Shown: positions 21,488 through 31,866 of the stretch, piece by piece
Position numbering within the stretch: position 1 is the stretch's first letter
How the letters are laid out: the number at the start of each line of letters is the position of its first letter
Source of the DNA: an uncultured Spirochaetota bacterium
GTDB taxonomy: Bacteria; Spirochaetota; Spirochaetia; SZUA-6; Fen-1364
Assembly: GCA_963745235.1 (NCBI GenBank)
Contig: CAVUXE010000044.1
Location: 32,001 to 96,000 of the forward strand
Length of the DNA: 64,000 bases
Direction of reading: 5' to 3'
Position numbers and translations under genes: made by a program
The notes under the pieces: model-generated
Databases searched by the model: none
Told to the model about the DNA's origin: nothing
The model's input: the letters and a program-made list of their open reading frames with translations, nothing else

Positions 21488-22000
21488 ATGAGCGCGGATA
21501 CGCAGAGGAAGCGGATCACGGACTTCATCGCAGCCGAATGGCATTCGCTGGTCGGCTACGTACGCTCATGGATCGAGGACAGCGGGGACAGGGATGCGGA
21601 AGACATCGTCCAGGACGTCGTGGTCGGCATCTTCGAGAAGGCCGACGTGACGGCGCCCATAGCGGACCTTGCCGCCTATGTCTACCGATCCCTGCGAAAC
21701 CGCATTGTGGACGCCTACCGGGCGGCCCCGAAAAAGGCAGTGGCCCTGACCGAACCGGTGCTGGATGAGCGGTACGAGGCGTCCATGGCGGCTGAGTGGA
21801 AAGAGAACAGGGAAAAGCTGCTGGAAGCTATCGAGTCCCTGGTTCCCGCGCAGAAGTCCGTGCTGGTAGCGACAGAGCTGGAAGGGAGAAGCTTCCGGGA
21901 GCTCTCGGAGGAATGGGACGTCCCCATCGGAACCCTTCTGGCGCGGAAGCACCGGGCCATCCACGCCTTGCGAAAGGCGCTCGAGGGAGGAACTGTATGA
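21488..22000 (+). CDS. ECF sigma factor
   Basis: DAEDIVQDV, YRSLRNRIVDAYR, VPIGTLLARKHRA. Confidence 0.88.
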   Translation: MSADTQRKRITDFIAAEWHSLVGYVRSWIEDSGDRDAEDIVQDVVVGIFEKADVTAPIADLAAYVYRSLRNRIVDAYRAAPKKAVALTEPVLDERYEASMAAEWKENREKLLEAIESLVPAQKSVLVATELEGRSFRELSEEWDVPIGTLLARKHRAIHALRKALEGGTV

Positions 22001-22491
22001 CGGAAGAGGCAAAACAGGGCTGGCACATGAGCCCGCATTCTCACCGCCCCGGCCTGCGCGGGCTGCGCATCGCGGGAATGGTGCTTGCCGGCGTGATCTT
22101 CGCCGCGGTCTTCGCGCTTGTTTTCGGCTGGCTCGTGATGATCCTGTGGAACTGGATCATGCCGCCGATCTTCCACCTGGGAGAGATCGGCTACTGGCAG
22201 GGTTTCGGGATCCTGCTCCTTGCAAAAATCATCTTCGGGGCCCTGGGCAGCCGCGGGCCCGGCCACGGTCCCTCGCGGGGCTGGGGCGGGAACCCCTTCA
22301 GGAAAGAGTCGTGGCACAGGGGTGACTGGCGTGAGGACAGGGAGTGGTGGCGCTACGCGCATGACTTCTGGAAGGAAGAGGGCAAGGAGGCGTTCGAGCG
22401 GTTCATGGACCGAAAGAAAGCCGCCAGCTCCGACGCTCAGGCGGGCGGCGCGGCCGCGGAGGCCGGACCGGCAGGGCCCGCAAAAGCGTGA
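21997..22491 (+). CDS. Membrane protein coupled to the ECF sigma factor
   Basis: ATGA overlap; VMILWNWIMPPIFHLGEIGYWQGFGILLLAKIIFG. Confidence 0.75.
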   Translation: MTEEAKQGWHMSPHSHRPGLRGLRIAGMVLAGVIFAAVFALVFGWLVMILWNWIMPPIFHLGEIGYWQGFGILLLAKIIFGALGSRGPGHGPSRGWGGNPFRKESWHRGDWREDREWWRYAHDFWKEEGKEAFERFMDRKKAASSDAQAGGAAAEAGPAGPAKA

Positions 22492-22504
22492 GCTGGTGAA
22501 GGAC

Positions 22505-22532
22505 GGGGAGGCTGGGGCCTCCCCCTTTTTTT
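22505..22532 (+). terminator. Intrinsic terminator
   Basis: GGGGAGGC-TGGG-GCCTCCCC stem-loop followed by 7 T. Confidence 0.85.
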
Positions 22533-22607
22533 GTGGTGGTCTACTGATGCGGGGTAGCGGGAGCGGCAGTTGACAGCTCTTTCCGGGCGTCCTAAGGTGG
22601 CGAACGC

Positions 22608-23483
22608 ATGAAGAGGGGCTTCGAAGACGCCCAGGAGAGACTTGCCGTCTGGATGGGGATCATCGGGAACGTGATCCTCTTCGCAGGCAAGGTCCTCGTG
22701 GGCTTTTCTTTCAACTCCATCGCCATCATCTCAGACTCCTTCAATTCCCTCGCAGACATCATCGCCTCGACAATCGTATTCGTGAGCATCAGGAGCTCGT
22801 ATCAGGGCCCGGACGCGGACCATCCCTTCGGGCACAAGCGCGCCCAGCCGATTGCCGGCCTCGTGGTTGCCATCTTCATGGGGATCGTCGGCTTCGAGAT
22901 CATCACCCAGTCGGTGACGCGCCTGTTCACGGGAGAGCAGATCCTGAAAGGCATTCTCCCGATCGTGGTCCTGGCCTGCGTGCTGGTGATCAAGCTCGGA
23001 ATGCACCTGTACGCTCGGATCACGGCGACGCGGACGGGCAGCACCGCCCTCATGGCGTCAGCCACGGATCACCGAAACGACGTCCTCATCTCGGGCGCGG
23101 TCATTCTGGGCGTCGGGGCATCCAACCTCGGTTTCCCCATATTCGATCCCATCGCCGCGATCCTGGTCGGCCTGTGGATCATCCGCTCGGGTTTCACCAT
23201 CGGCAGGTCGAATGTCAAGTACCTGATGGGAGAGGCTCCGCCGGCCGTCATGGTGGACGCAATCAAGACCTGCGCGCGGGGAGTGCCCGGCGTGCAGGGC
23301 CTGCATGACGTGTCCGCACACTACGTGGGCACCTCCGTCGAAGTGGAGATCCATGTGGACGTGGACCGGCGTCTCTCCGTCGAGCAGGCCCACGATATCG
23401 GGGAGAAAGTCCAGCTGGAGATCGAGCGCGTGGACGGGATCTCACGCGCTTTCGTTCACATCGACCCGCTGGAGGTCAGGTAG
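22608..23483 (+). CDS. Cation diffusion facilitator (FieF-like)
   Basis: SDSFNSLAD, DHPFGH, DHRND, AHDIGE, FVHIDP. Confidence 0.92.
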   Translation: MKRGFEDAQERLAVWMGIIGNVILFAGKVLVGFSFNSIAIISDSFNSLADIIASTIVFVSIRSSYQGPDADHPFGHKRAQPIAGLVVAIFMGIVGFEIITQSVTRLFTGEQILKGILPIVVLACVLVIKLGMHLYARITATRTGSTALMASATDHRNDVLISGAVILGVGASNLGFPIFDPIAAILVGLWIIRSGFTIGRSNVKYLMGEAPPAVMVDAIKTCARGVPGVQGLHDVSAHYVGTSVEVEIHVDVDRRLSVEQAHDIGEKVQLEIERVDGISRAFVHIDPLEVR

Positions 23484-23499
23484 AGCCCGAACCGGCGGT

Positions 23500-24366
23500 C
23501 TAGCCCTTCACCGATCCCGCCAACAGGCCGCTCATGAAGTAGCGGCTGAGGAAGATGTAGATGAGCATGGTGGGGAGGGCGGCAATGAGCGCCCCTGCCA
23601 TCTGCACGTTCCATTCGACGAAATAGCTGCCAGCAAGATTGTTCAGGGCTACGGTGATGGGCTGCAGCGACGGGCTGCTCGTCACGATCAGGCCGAAGAG
23701 GAAGTCGTTCCAGATCGAGGTGAATTGCCAGATCATGACAACGACAAAGCCCGGAAGCGACAGCGGGAAAAGAATGTTCGCGTAGATGGTGAGGATCCCC
23801 GCCCCGTCGATCTTGCTCGCCTCCAGGAGCTCGTCGGGAATGACGGCGTAGTAATTCCGGAAGATCAGGGTGGTGATGGGAATCCCATAGACCACGTGGA
23901 CGAAGATCAGCCCTCCCCGGGTTCCGTAGAGGCCGATATTTTCAAGCACCTGGACCAGGGGAATGAGAATGCTCTGATACGGAATGAACATGCCGAACAG
24001 GAGCAGCGGGAAGACGACGTTCGCGCCGCGAAAACGCCACTTGGACAGCACATAGCCGTTCAGGGAGCCCAGGAAGGCGGATAGCAGCGTCGCGGGAACG
24101 GTGATGTAGACGCTGTTCATGAAGTTCGCGGCAAGCCCGTTCATGCCCTGGGCCTCCGAGCCGAGCCATGCCTTGGCAAAGCTCGCGAGGCTGAGCGTCC
24201 GCGGGAACCTCCACATGGTAGCGAGGCTCACCTCCCGGAAGCTCTTGAAGCCCGTGACGAGCTGCAGGTAGATCGGTCCAAGGAAGAGCAGGGAGCCAAT
24301 GATCAGGATGCAATAGACGATCACCGTGCCGGGACGGATTGCTCGGCGGGAGGCGAGCGCCGTCAT
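23500..24366 (-). CDS. Carbohydrate ABC permease
   Basis: EAA loop IPDELLEASKIDGA, WQFTSIWNDFLFG. Confidence 0.9.
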   Translation of the reverse strand: MTALASRRAIRPGTVIVYCILIIGSLLFLGPIYLQLVTGFKSFREVSLATMWRFPRTLSLASFAKAWLGSEAQGMNGLAANFMNSVYITVPATLLSAFLGSLNGYVLSKWRFRGANVVFPLLLFGMFIPYQSILIPLVQVLENIGLYGTRGGLIFVHVVYGIPITTLIFRNYYAVIPDELLEASKIDGAGILTIYANILFPLSLPGFVVVMIWQFTSIWNDFLFGLIVTSSPSLQPITVALNNLAGSYFVEWNVQMAGALIAALPTMLIYIFLSRYFMSGLLAGSVKG

Positions 24367-25361
24367 GTATGCACCTCCCGGCGCGTGGATGAAACCAGGT
24401 AGGGAATGATGAGAAGAGCCACCACGAACAGCAGAAGGATCGCGATTGCCGCTCCCTGCGCGAAGTTGTTGCCGCGGAACGTCGTGTCCCACATGTAGAA
24501 GGCCGGCACGTCGGTGGCAAACGCGGGCCCCGGCCCTGTCATAGACACGACAAGGTCGAAGATCTTCAGCGATATGTGCCCCAGCACGATGAGAGCGCTG
24601 AGGGTGACCGGCCGGATCATGGGAAGGATGACGCGTCGATAGATCTGCAGCTCGGAGGCCCCGTCCACGCGGGCCGCCTCCCTCATTTCCGTGGGAATCC
24701 CGCGAAGAGCGGCAAGGTACATGGCCATGGTGTAGCCGGACATCTGCCACGTGGCGGCGATCACAACGGATATCATGGCGAGGGAAACGCCAATGTAGGG
24801 GCTCGCAAGCCCGCCGAGACCGATGTGACCCAGGAAAGCTCCGAAGCCTGAATCAGGATGGACGTACAGGATGGTGGGATCGGTGAACCACCCCCATTTC
24901 AGGAAGCCGAGCCCGAGCTTCTCGAAGATCAGGTTGACTCCCAGGGCCCCTGTCTGGGAGCTTCCAGGACTGAGGATCCACCTCCACAGCACCCCGGTGA
25001 CGATATAGGAGATTGCCATGGGGAAGAGGAAGAGGTTGCGGAATATCCCCTCCCCCTTGATGTGCCTGTCCAGGAGAATTGCCAGGGCAAGACCGAGCAC
25101 GATGGACCCGATCAGGAAAAGGACCGTGAAAGTGACCGTGTTTCGCAGGTCGCAGAGGAAACGATCCGTGGGAACGGTGCCGAAGAGCCTCTGGTAGTTA
25201 TGCAGGCCGACGAATGTGAAATTCGGCTCCAGCGAGTCCCACTTTGTCAGAGAGGCGAACCCGGTAAATCCAATGAAGCCGTACACGAAGACTGCAATCA
25301 GGATTATCGACGGCGCAACCAGGGCAAAAGAGATTGCGCGGTCCCTCGTGACTCCCTTCAT
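24363..25361 (-). CDS. Carbohydrate ABC permease
   Basis: WQMSGYTMAMYLAALRGIP, REAARVDGA, SLKIFDLV. Confidence 0.9.
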   Translation of the reverse strand: MKGVTRDRAISFALVAPSIILIAVFVYGFIGFTGFASLTKWDSLEPNFTFVGLHNYQRLFGTVPTDRFLCDLRNTVTFTVLFLIGSIVLGLALAILLDRHIKGEGIFRNLFLFPMAISYIVTGVLWRWILSPGSSQTGALGVNLIFEKLGLGFLKWGWFTDPTILYVHPDSGFGAFLGHIGLGGLASPYIGVSLAMISVVIAATWQMSGYTMAMYLAALRGIPTEMREAARVDGASELQIYRRVILPMIRPVTLSALIVLGHISLKIFDLVVSMTGPGPAFATDVPAFYMWDTTFRGNNFAQGAAIAILLLFVVALLIIPYLVSSTRREVHT

Positions 25362-25374
25362 GGCGCCTCCCCTG

Positions 25375-25405
25375 AAAAAACCTGCCAGGCTTGGGGCCTG
25401 GCAGG
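25375..25405 (-). terminator. Intercistronic terminator/attenuator after the binding-protein gene
   Basis: 10-bp perfect stem CCTGCCAGGC/GCCTGGCAGG followed by 6 T on the minus strand. Confidence 0.75.
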
Positions 25406-25435
25406 AAGTGACACGCTATCCGAGCGAGACGTGAT

Positions 25436-26686
25436 CTACATCGCGAGGTTGTCGGTAGCCGCCTGATCAAGCGCCTTCTGAGCAGCTTCGACATCGCCCT
25501 TTGTCGCGAAGGTGGCAAGGATGTCCTTGTACACCGTGGCCCATTTCTCCTTTGCCGCGGCGCCGTGGACGACGCTCGGCACGATGGGCTCGGAGGTCCA
25601 GTCCTTCATTGCGGACTGGGAATAGGGATTGAACAGCGAGGGATCAACGTCCGTGCGGGCAGGAATGGAGCCCTTCAGGGGGTTGAACGCCGCCTGGCCT
25701 GCCTGTGAGCCGCAGACCTTCAGCCAGTTCATGGCGTTCTGCATGTCAGGAGCTCCCTTGGGCACCGCGAAGCTGTCCGAGAGGCCATCAAAGATCTTGG
25801 GCCCGGGGACGCATTCCCAGCCGTAGTCCGTGAAGTTCTGGGAAATGAACCAGCCGTTGACCCAGTCTCCCATGATCATCATGGCAGCCTTGTTTGTGAT
25901 GAAGTACTGCCCCAACGCCCCATCCCAGGTGAGCGCGGCGTTGTCCGTGTTCGTATCAGCGAGCATCCTCTTCAGGATGTTCAACGCATCCGCAACCTTG
26001 GGATCAGTCCACTTGGTAGCTCCAGTCCACAGGCCCTTGTAGCCGTCCGGCCCGAGAACGGACACCAGGATTGTCTCGAAGTTGTGCGAGGCCTCGTACC
26101 CATCCTTTGAGCCAAATGCGAGAGGGATGATCTTCCTGGCCTTCAGGGCCTTGGCCACCTTGAAATACTCGTCCCACGTCGTTGGAGGCTGCAGCTTGGC
26201 GTCGGCAAACACCTTCTTGTTATACCAGAGGATGTTCGCTCGGTGGATGTTGACGGGAACGCCCCAGTAGTGCCCCTTGTACTGCAGCAGGCTCAGGAGG
26301 TCCTTCGGGAACACCTTGTCCAGGCCCTCTGATGTATAGAAGGAATCCAGTGGCAGGACGTACTTTTCGGGATCATACTTTTCGACCTCCAGACCCGCGT
26401 GAAGCTGGAACGCGTCTGGGGGTTTGCCGCCGGTCAGTCGTGTCGCGAGAACAGCCTTGGCGTTTGTTCCCGCGCCGCCGGCGACTGCCGCGTTGATGAT
26501 CTGCACATTCGGGTACTGTTTGTGGTAGATGTCGAAAAGGGCCTTGAGGCCTTCTCCTTCCCCCCCGACCGTCCACCAGGAAAAGATCTCCAGCTTGTTG
26601 CTCTTTCCTCCGCCGCAGGTGACCAGAGCGAGAGAGAAGCAGAGGACGAGGACAATGCTGAAGACGGAAATGAGTCTTCGGATCAT
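25436..26686 (-). CDS. Sugar ABC substrate-binding lipoprotein (glucose/mannose-binding type)
   Basis: LEIFSWWT, VAGGAG, PVNIHRAN, IMGDW, FNPLKGSIPARTD. Confidence 0.88.
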   Translation of the reverse strand: MIRRLISVFSIVLVLCFSLALVTCGGGKSNKLEIFSWWTVGGEGEGLKALFDIYHKQYPNVQIINAAVAGGAGTNAKAVLATRLTGGKPPDAFQLHAGLEVEKYDPEKYVLPLDSFYTSEGLDKVFPKDLLSLLQYKGHYWGVPVNIHRANILWYNKKVFADAKLQPPTTWDEYFKVAKALKARKIIPLAFGSKDGYEASHNFETILVSVLGPDGYKGLWTGATKWTDPKVADALNILKRMLADTNTDNAALTWDGALGQYFITNKAAMMIMGDWVNGWFISQNFTDYGWECVPGPKIFDGLSDSFAVPKGAPDMQNAMNWLKVCGSQAGQAAFNPLKGSIPARTDVDPSLFNPYSQSAMKDWTSEPIVPSVVHGAAAKEKWATVYKDILATFATKGDVEAAQKALDQAATDNLAM

Positions 26687-26770
26687 GGATCAGCCCTCCT
26701 TCCTTTGAGTGGAGCTAGACTTTAAATCATCATTACCGTAGGTCCATGATTCCGAGTTGTCAAGCCGGTT

Positions 26771-27403
26771 TCAGGCCACCTCGGCGGAAGTGACCAGTCG
26801 GACGCCCTCGGCCTCCATTTCCCTCCAGGCCTTTGCAACGCTCCCCTTCGGAAAATCCACGCCCCGGCAGGCGTCGCGGACCACCGAGACTTCGAACCCG
26901 AGCCTCCGCGCGTCCAGGGCGGAAGCGCGCACGCAATAGTCCGTTGCCAGGCCGCACAGGAAGAGCTGCCGGGTCCCCAGGCCCTCGAGGTAGTACCTCA
27001 GGCCGGTATCCGTTCGATGATCGTTTTCGAAAAATGCGGAATACGAATCCAGCCTGCGCCGCAGCCCCTTGCGAAGCACCAGCTCGATTCTCCCGACGGA
27101 AAGGAGCGGAAAAAGGTCGGCACCCCTGGTCCCCTGGACGCAATGGTCAGGCCAGAGCACCTGCTCCACCCCGTCCGCGTCCACCACGTCGAGCACTTTC
27201 CGTCCGGGATGGCTGGACGCAAAGGAGACGTGGTCTTTCGGGTGCCAGTCCTGCGTGGCGACCACCCGGTCGAAGAGGGGCATCAGCCGGTTGATGATTG
27301 GAGCAACCTGGTCCCCCTCCTCCACCGCCAGGCTTCCCCCGGGGCAGAAGTCGTTCTGAACGTCCACGACCAGGAGCGCACGGGCGCCGCTTTGTCCTGC
27401 CAT
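26771..27403 (-). CDS. pncA: Nicotinamidase/pyrazinamidase
   Basis: VDVQNDFCPGGSL, TQDWHP, WPDHCVQGT, DSYSAF, GLATDYCV. Confidence 0.95.
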   Translation of the reverse strand: MAGQSGARALLVVDVQNDFCPGGSLAVEEGDQVAPIINRLMPLFDRVVATQDWHPKDHVSFASSHPGRKVLDVVDADGVEQVLWPDHCVQGTRGADLFPLLSVGRIELVLRKGLRRRLDSYSAFFENDHRTDTGLRYYLEGLGTRQLFLCGLATDYCVRASALDARRLGFEVSVVRDACRGVDFPKGSVAKAWREMEAEGVRLVTSAEVA

Positions 27404-27614
27404 GGTTCGCCTCCGTTGTCAATGTATATCCTGGGGCCTTGCCATGAAAGGGCCCGCGCCCGGTTCGCTGCGTTGCCCGCTTCGGCGCGGCTTGGACGAA
27501 ATCCCTCCGCTTTCGTACATTTGAGGGGTGAGGTCCTGCACTCTTTTGCTGGATGATGGGCTGCAAGGCGCCGCGCGGTGCGTCTCCTGGGCGCTGCATT
27601 GCGAGGTGACAGTT

Positions 27615-27941
27615 GTGGACTCGGAGCCTGCGTGGTCGCACCAGGACAGGCGGATGGTCCAGATCGACATGCCGGATTTCCTCTATCGGATCCTGGAGGA
27701 GTTCAGTTCTCTCAATGGCGCCTCGGTGGAGGCGCTCCTGCGCACCTGGATCGAGGAGCACGCAGGCGAGTCCGTGAGCGAAGAGGGACGCAAGATCCAG
27801 GAACGCTGCCGACTCATCACGGAATGGCTGGACCTGGGGTTCTCGGGAAAGCAACCGGACCTGAAGTACTTCGCGCAAAGGCTTGCTTCCGCACAGCCGG
27901 CTATCCGTCAGCCGCCGCTCCCCGACTCGATGGCTGGGTAG
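27615..27941 (+). CDS. Small protein with ribbon-helix-helix-like N-terminus; its stop codon now lies inside the intron
   Basis: GAGGTG RBS; VQIDMPDFLYRILEEFSSLNGASVEALLRTWIEE resembles CopG/RHH; start codon uncertain. Confidence 0.55.
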   Translation: MDSEPAWSHQDRRMVQIDMPDFLYRILEEFSSLNGASVEALLRTWIEEHAGESVSEEGRKIQERCRLITEWLDLGFSGKQPDLKYFAQRLASAQPAIRQPPLPDSMAG

Positions 27942-30900
27942 CTCTGGGCGATCCCTCGCCCAGAGCCCCCACGGACCCGTACGTGCGCGATTCGACGCAT
28001 ACGGTTCTTCGGGCCATAGTTTCACTGCTTAACAAGAGTGCGCTATCCGAGCTGCAGGGAGTGGATACCTCTGGAGCAGTTGCAGAAAACGCTCCCAGGG
28101 CATGTATTGCCCGCGACTGCGACGCATGAGCCACTTACGCCACGCTCTTTTGACTTCGTAGAAGAAGCTGCTGATCCAGTGCGAGTTTCCAGTTATCCCG
28201 TAGTACGCGTAGTGTCCGTTGAGCTTCCATGTGAGCATACGTTGTTGATCCTTAAGCGGTAGATGGCGATTACGCCTACACCACTCACAGGTACTCTTCA
28301 GCGCCCGAGTAAAGCGACTCGGTTCCGTCTTTCGCTTCACGACCCACGCCCCTTTTCGACTCCGCCCCCAGTAGTGTGTGAAGCCCAGAAAATTGAACTT
28401 CGCCCACCGAGGTGGTTCAACCGTCCCTCCCTCGCGCTTCTGAGGCTTGTCGAAACATATCAACCGAGTTTTCTCGGGATGAATGGTGAGGCCATATTTG
28501 CCAAATCGCTTCGGCAGCACGTCCATCACCCGCTCGGCGTCCTCTTTGCGCGCAAACACCAGTACCTCGTCATCCGCAAACCGAATCAGGAACGCATCAC
28601 CCTTCAGGCGCGGCTTCACCACCTCTGCAAACCATCTGTCCAGCACATCGTGCAGGTAGATGTTGCTTAAGATTGGTGAAATCACAGCGCCCTGTGGAGT
28701 CCCCCGCTCAGGGTAGCTTACCCCTCCCTCCTCCAGTACTCCAGCATTCAGCCATTTCCCGATCAGACGAAGGAGCACCCCGTCACACACCCGCCTCTTG
28801 AGGATCTCTCTAAGGTGGCCTTTGTCGAGAGTGTCGAAAATTTTCGTATGTCAAGATCAATTATCCACCCGCCACCCATCTTCATCAGCCCGTCCCGAAG
28901 TGCCCGCAACGCATCATGGGCTGACCGCCCTGGCCGAAATCCATACGAGCAGTCCAAAAACTCCTGCTCGTACAGCGGTTCCAGCACCATCTGCACTGCA
29001 CGTTGCAGCACCTTGTCTTCGAAGGAGGTAATACCGATCGGACGTGTTTCACCTTTCGTGCCCTTCGGTATATACACGCGCTTAACAGGAGGAGCGACAT
29101 ACGTTCCCGCTTTCGCCCTCTCCAGTAGGCTCCTGAGGTTACCCCCAAGATCCTTTGCGTATTCCTCGGCTGTCTGTCCGTCCACTCCCACCGCCGCGTC
29201 CTTGCGCGTGCGGAGGTAAGCTTCGTACAGCCATCGCAGGTCGATGTGATGCGCCAGCGACGTGAAACTCACCTCGGGATGAATCCTCGCGAGTTCCGTT
29301 ATCCGCCGTTGTTTCGTTGACACGTCTGTGGATTCCATCGCATCCTCCGTGTGTCCCACCGACAGCTCTATGACCCGACGCCTCCCTTCCCTCCACGGGG
29401 TTCCTGCTGGGTTTGGTTCCCCCGCTTCAGCGGTACTGTGAAGGCGCTACGACTTCTCGTTGACCGTTTCGCTTCGCTTCGTTTCCTTCGCTCGGCAATA
29501 CCATTTGCAGCCTGCGTCTTTGTTCTTCGCTCCGCATGGGCATCATGACGCTTCTGCCCATGGGCCAGGGGTTCATTCTCTGGTGACCCTCGTCCAGTTT
29601 CCGAAGGCATGGAATCAACGAGATCTCCCAAGTTCCTGGGTGACCCTTATTCGTATTTGCCCTGTTCTCCGACCCCGGCGGGACCTCCACGTCGGGCCAT
29701 TACGACGCTTCGGTGCTGTCCCCGCATAGTTAACTGCGAAGACTCCCGCATGGCTGCTATCGAGGCTCAATCGCACGGCTTTTACGATCGTTGTCTACGC
29801 TTCATGGCCACAGTCGCCTGTGGTCACGCAAGACTCACTTCCAGCTGCTGGCCAAGCTTTGCTGTGTTGGATTGGTTACCAACAGGGTCACGATGAAAGG
29901 TTTCCGCCTACATGCTGAGCATCCTCCTTTCCCAAGCTTTGCTTGGCGCGATAACTACCCAGGTGCACGGTCACGGGCTTATCTCCATAGTAGCCGTACA
30001 GGCTCGTCATCTTTCGCTTCGTGAGCTCGCACAGGCTGACGCTTCCATGGACCTGGATGTCGGCCCATGACCTCTCCCCGCCCGGGTTGTAGAAGTCCGG
30101 GAACCTGCCGTTGGGCCGCAGAAAATTGATGAGGTCCCAGGCGGTTTCCTCGGTGACCCCGGAAGGGGAGGCGGCAATGGCATCCAGGATCTCGCGGCTC
30201 AGCTCGTCGTAGCGCCACTGGATCTCGTTCAGATTGCCTCCCGCCAGGAGCGCTATCCACTCGTTCATTGCGGTGAGCCGGATTTCCGGCGAGATGGCAT
30301 GGTTGGTCGCCACGAGGACGTCCGGGCGGTGCTGCCGCTGAGGCGCAAAGTAGAACGGACCGGGGCAGTTCTTCTCCTTCCAGCTTGCGTTGATGTAGCC
30401 GCGCTCAGCGAAATCCACTTTCGTGAAGTCGGCCTCCTGGTGCAGGGCCTGCACGTCCTTGTGCAGGAGTGCCCAGAGCCATCTCCCCCTGAACAGGTCG
30501 ATGATGAGCCCTGCCAGGTCCCCCAGGAAGTCAGGAATCCGCGCGAACCAGTCCCCTTCAAAGGCGCGCCACAACCGCTCGTTCCATCGCGTAATGTATT
30601 CGTCGGGAAGGGCGTAGTGGTTTCCGCGCGCAAGTGCTCCCATGATCGGACGGGGGGTCCGGTACCTGCGGCCCATCCGGCGGATGAACGAAAGGGTCGG
30701 CAGGCGCCTGCGGTAATGCCAGGGAACCCAGGTGAAATAGGGGAACGGCTCCCAGGGACCGAGCTTCCTGCCGGCTTCCACGACATACGCGTTTCCGTCT
30801 CCATCAGCAACCGGGTACAGCCAGGTCACGCCGCGCTGGGCGTGAGCGATCCGATCCACCACCTGGGATGAGGTTTCACAGTACTCGAGGCAGTCACGCA

Positions 30901-31816
30901 CCAGGGGCAGGGAGTTGAACCCGGGTCTGCGGGCTGAACAGAACATGCTGGGAAGCATATTGACGCCCATCGCGACCCCCGCGGAGTTCATCCCCGTTAT
31001 CGAGCCGACAATGCCGGGAGCGGTCTGGCTGACGAAGGGCAGGCGCTGTTTTCCCCGCCGCGCCACAGGCCTCTGCACGATGAGGCACGCGGTCTCCTGG
31101 AAGATGTTCGCCGTCGGGAACATGAAGTCCCGGCCGAAGAAGCACGCGCCGCCCGCCGCGACGCCTCCGATGAAGAATGCGTTGCACCCGATGGGCGTCT
31201 TCAACATCCCGGGTTTGAACCCCCTGCGCGCGAAAAGCGCTCCGGAGTACACGTGGGCAAGAATCGCGTCGATTCCGAAGTTCAAAGTTATGAGGTCCTC
31301 CAGCGTGACCGCCGTGTCCGTGCGGGAGGTGCCTGGCCCCGTGCCCGGGCCGGAGGAAGCCGAGGCGCGGCCCGACCCCGGCTCAGAGGAAGCGTATCCG
31401 TCGACAATTCCCTGGAGCTCTTCCTTGTATTCCTCGGGGATGTCCGGCAGAACGGCATGAGTGGCGCCCGTGGCGATGTGCGTCATGAGGTTCCTGAGGT
31501 CAGAGGAAAGGCCCCGCGCCCGCACCTCGTGGGTGTCGAAAAAAGCGAACACGACCTTCTGCAGGAACTCATGGGTCATCCGGGAGATCTCCTGCGGGGC
31601 GAGGCGGCCGAGAAGGAAGCCCATCTGGTAATTGTCGCCCTCGAGGTAGAAGGCGCGCTTCGCGCGGGACGACCTTCCGATTCTCGCGCTTACGTGCTCG
31701 GCTGCCGCGCCGAGGCAGCCGTCCTTTTCCGCGGTCTGCGTCACCACAAAGCCGTCGTGGCGGAAAGCGTTCTCTATCCGCGCCCGCCTCTGAGGAATCG
31801 GCTCGAAAAATGGCAT
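27908..31816 (-). CDS. C45/Ntn-hydrolase-like protein interrupted near its 3' end by the intron (exons 29952-31816 and 27908-27932)
   Basis: GCNAF nucleophile motif, FFGRDF, TGMNSAGV, ATNH; spliced end reads ...VHLGSY-IESGSGG-stop. Confidence 0.72.
27933..29951 (-). mobile_element. Group II intron (~2.0 kb, no endonuclease domain)
   Basis: Domain V GAACCGTATGCG...GCACGTACGGGTC and domain VI hairpin ending CTACCCAGC; 5' end TCGCGCCAAGC; lower GC; removal restores both flanking reading frames. Confidence 0.88.
28029..29359 (-). CDS. ltrA: Group II intron reverse transcriptase/maturase, one frameshift in a T run near 28840
   Basis: AVGVDG, RVYIPK, RPIGI, SYGFRPGRSAHDA, DLDIRKF, GTPQGAVISPILSNIYL, RFADD, FLGF, GHYAYY. 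Confidence 0.93.
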
Positions 31817-31866
31817 GGATTCATAGTATGATCAGCACACCCCGCTGGCAAGGTGAGGAGGCGTGC

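Noticed and set aside
28029-29359. RT as retron, DGR or defence-associated RT
   Set aside because: Has maturase domain X and flanking intron domains V/VI; no TR/VR pair or msr-msd
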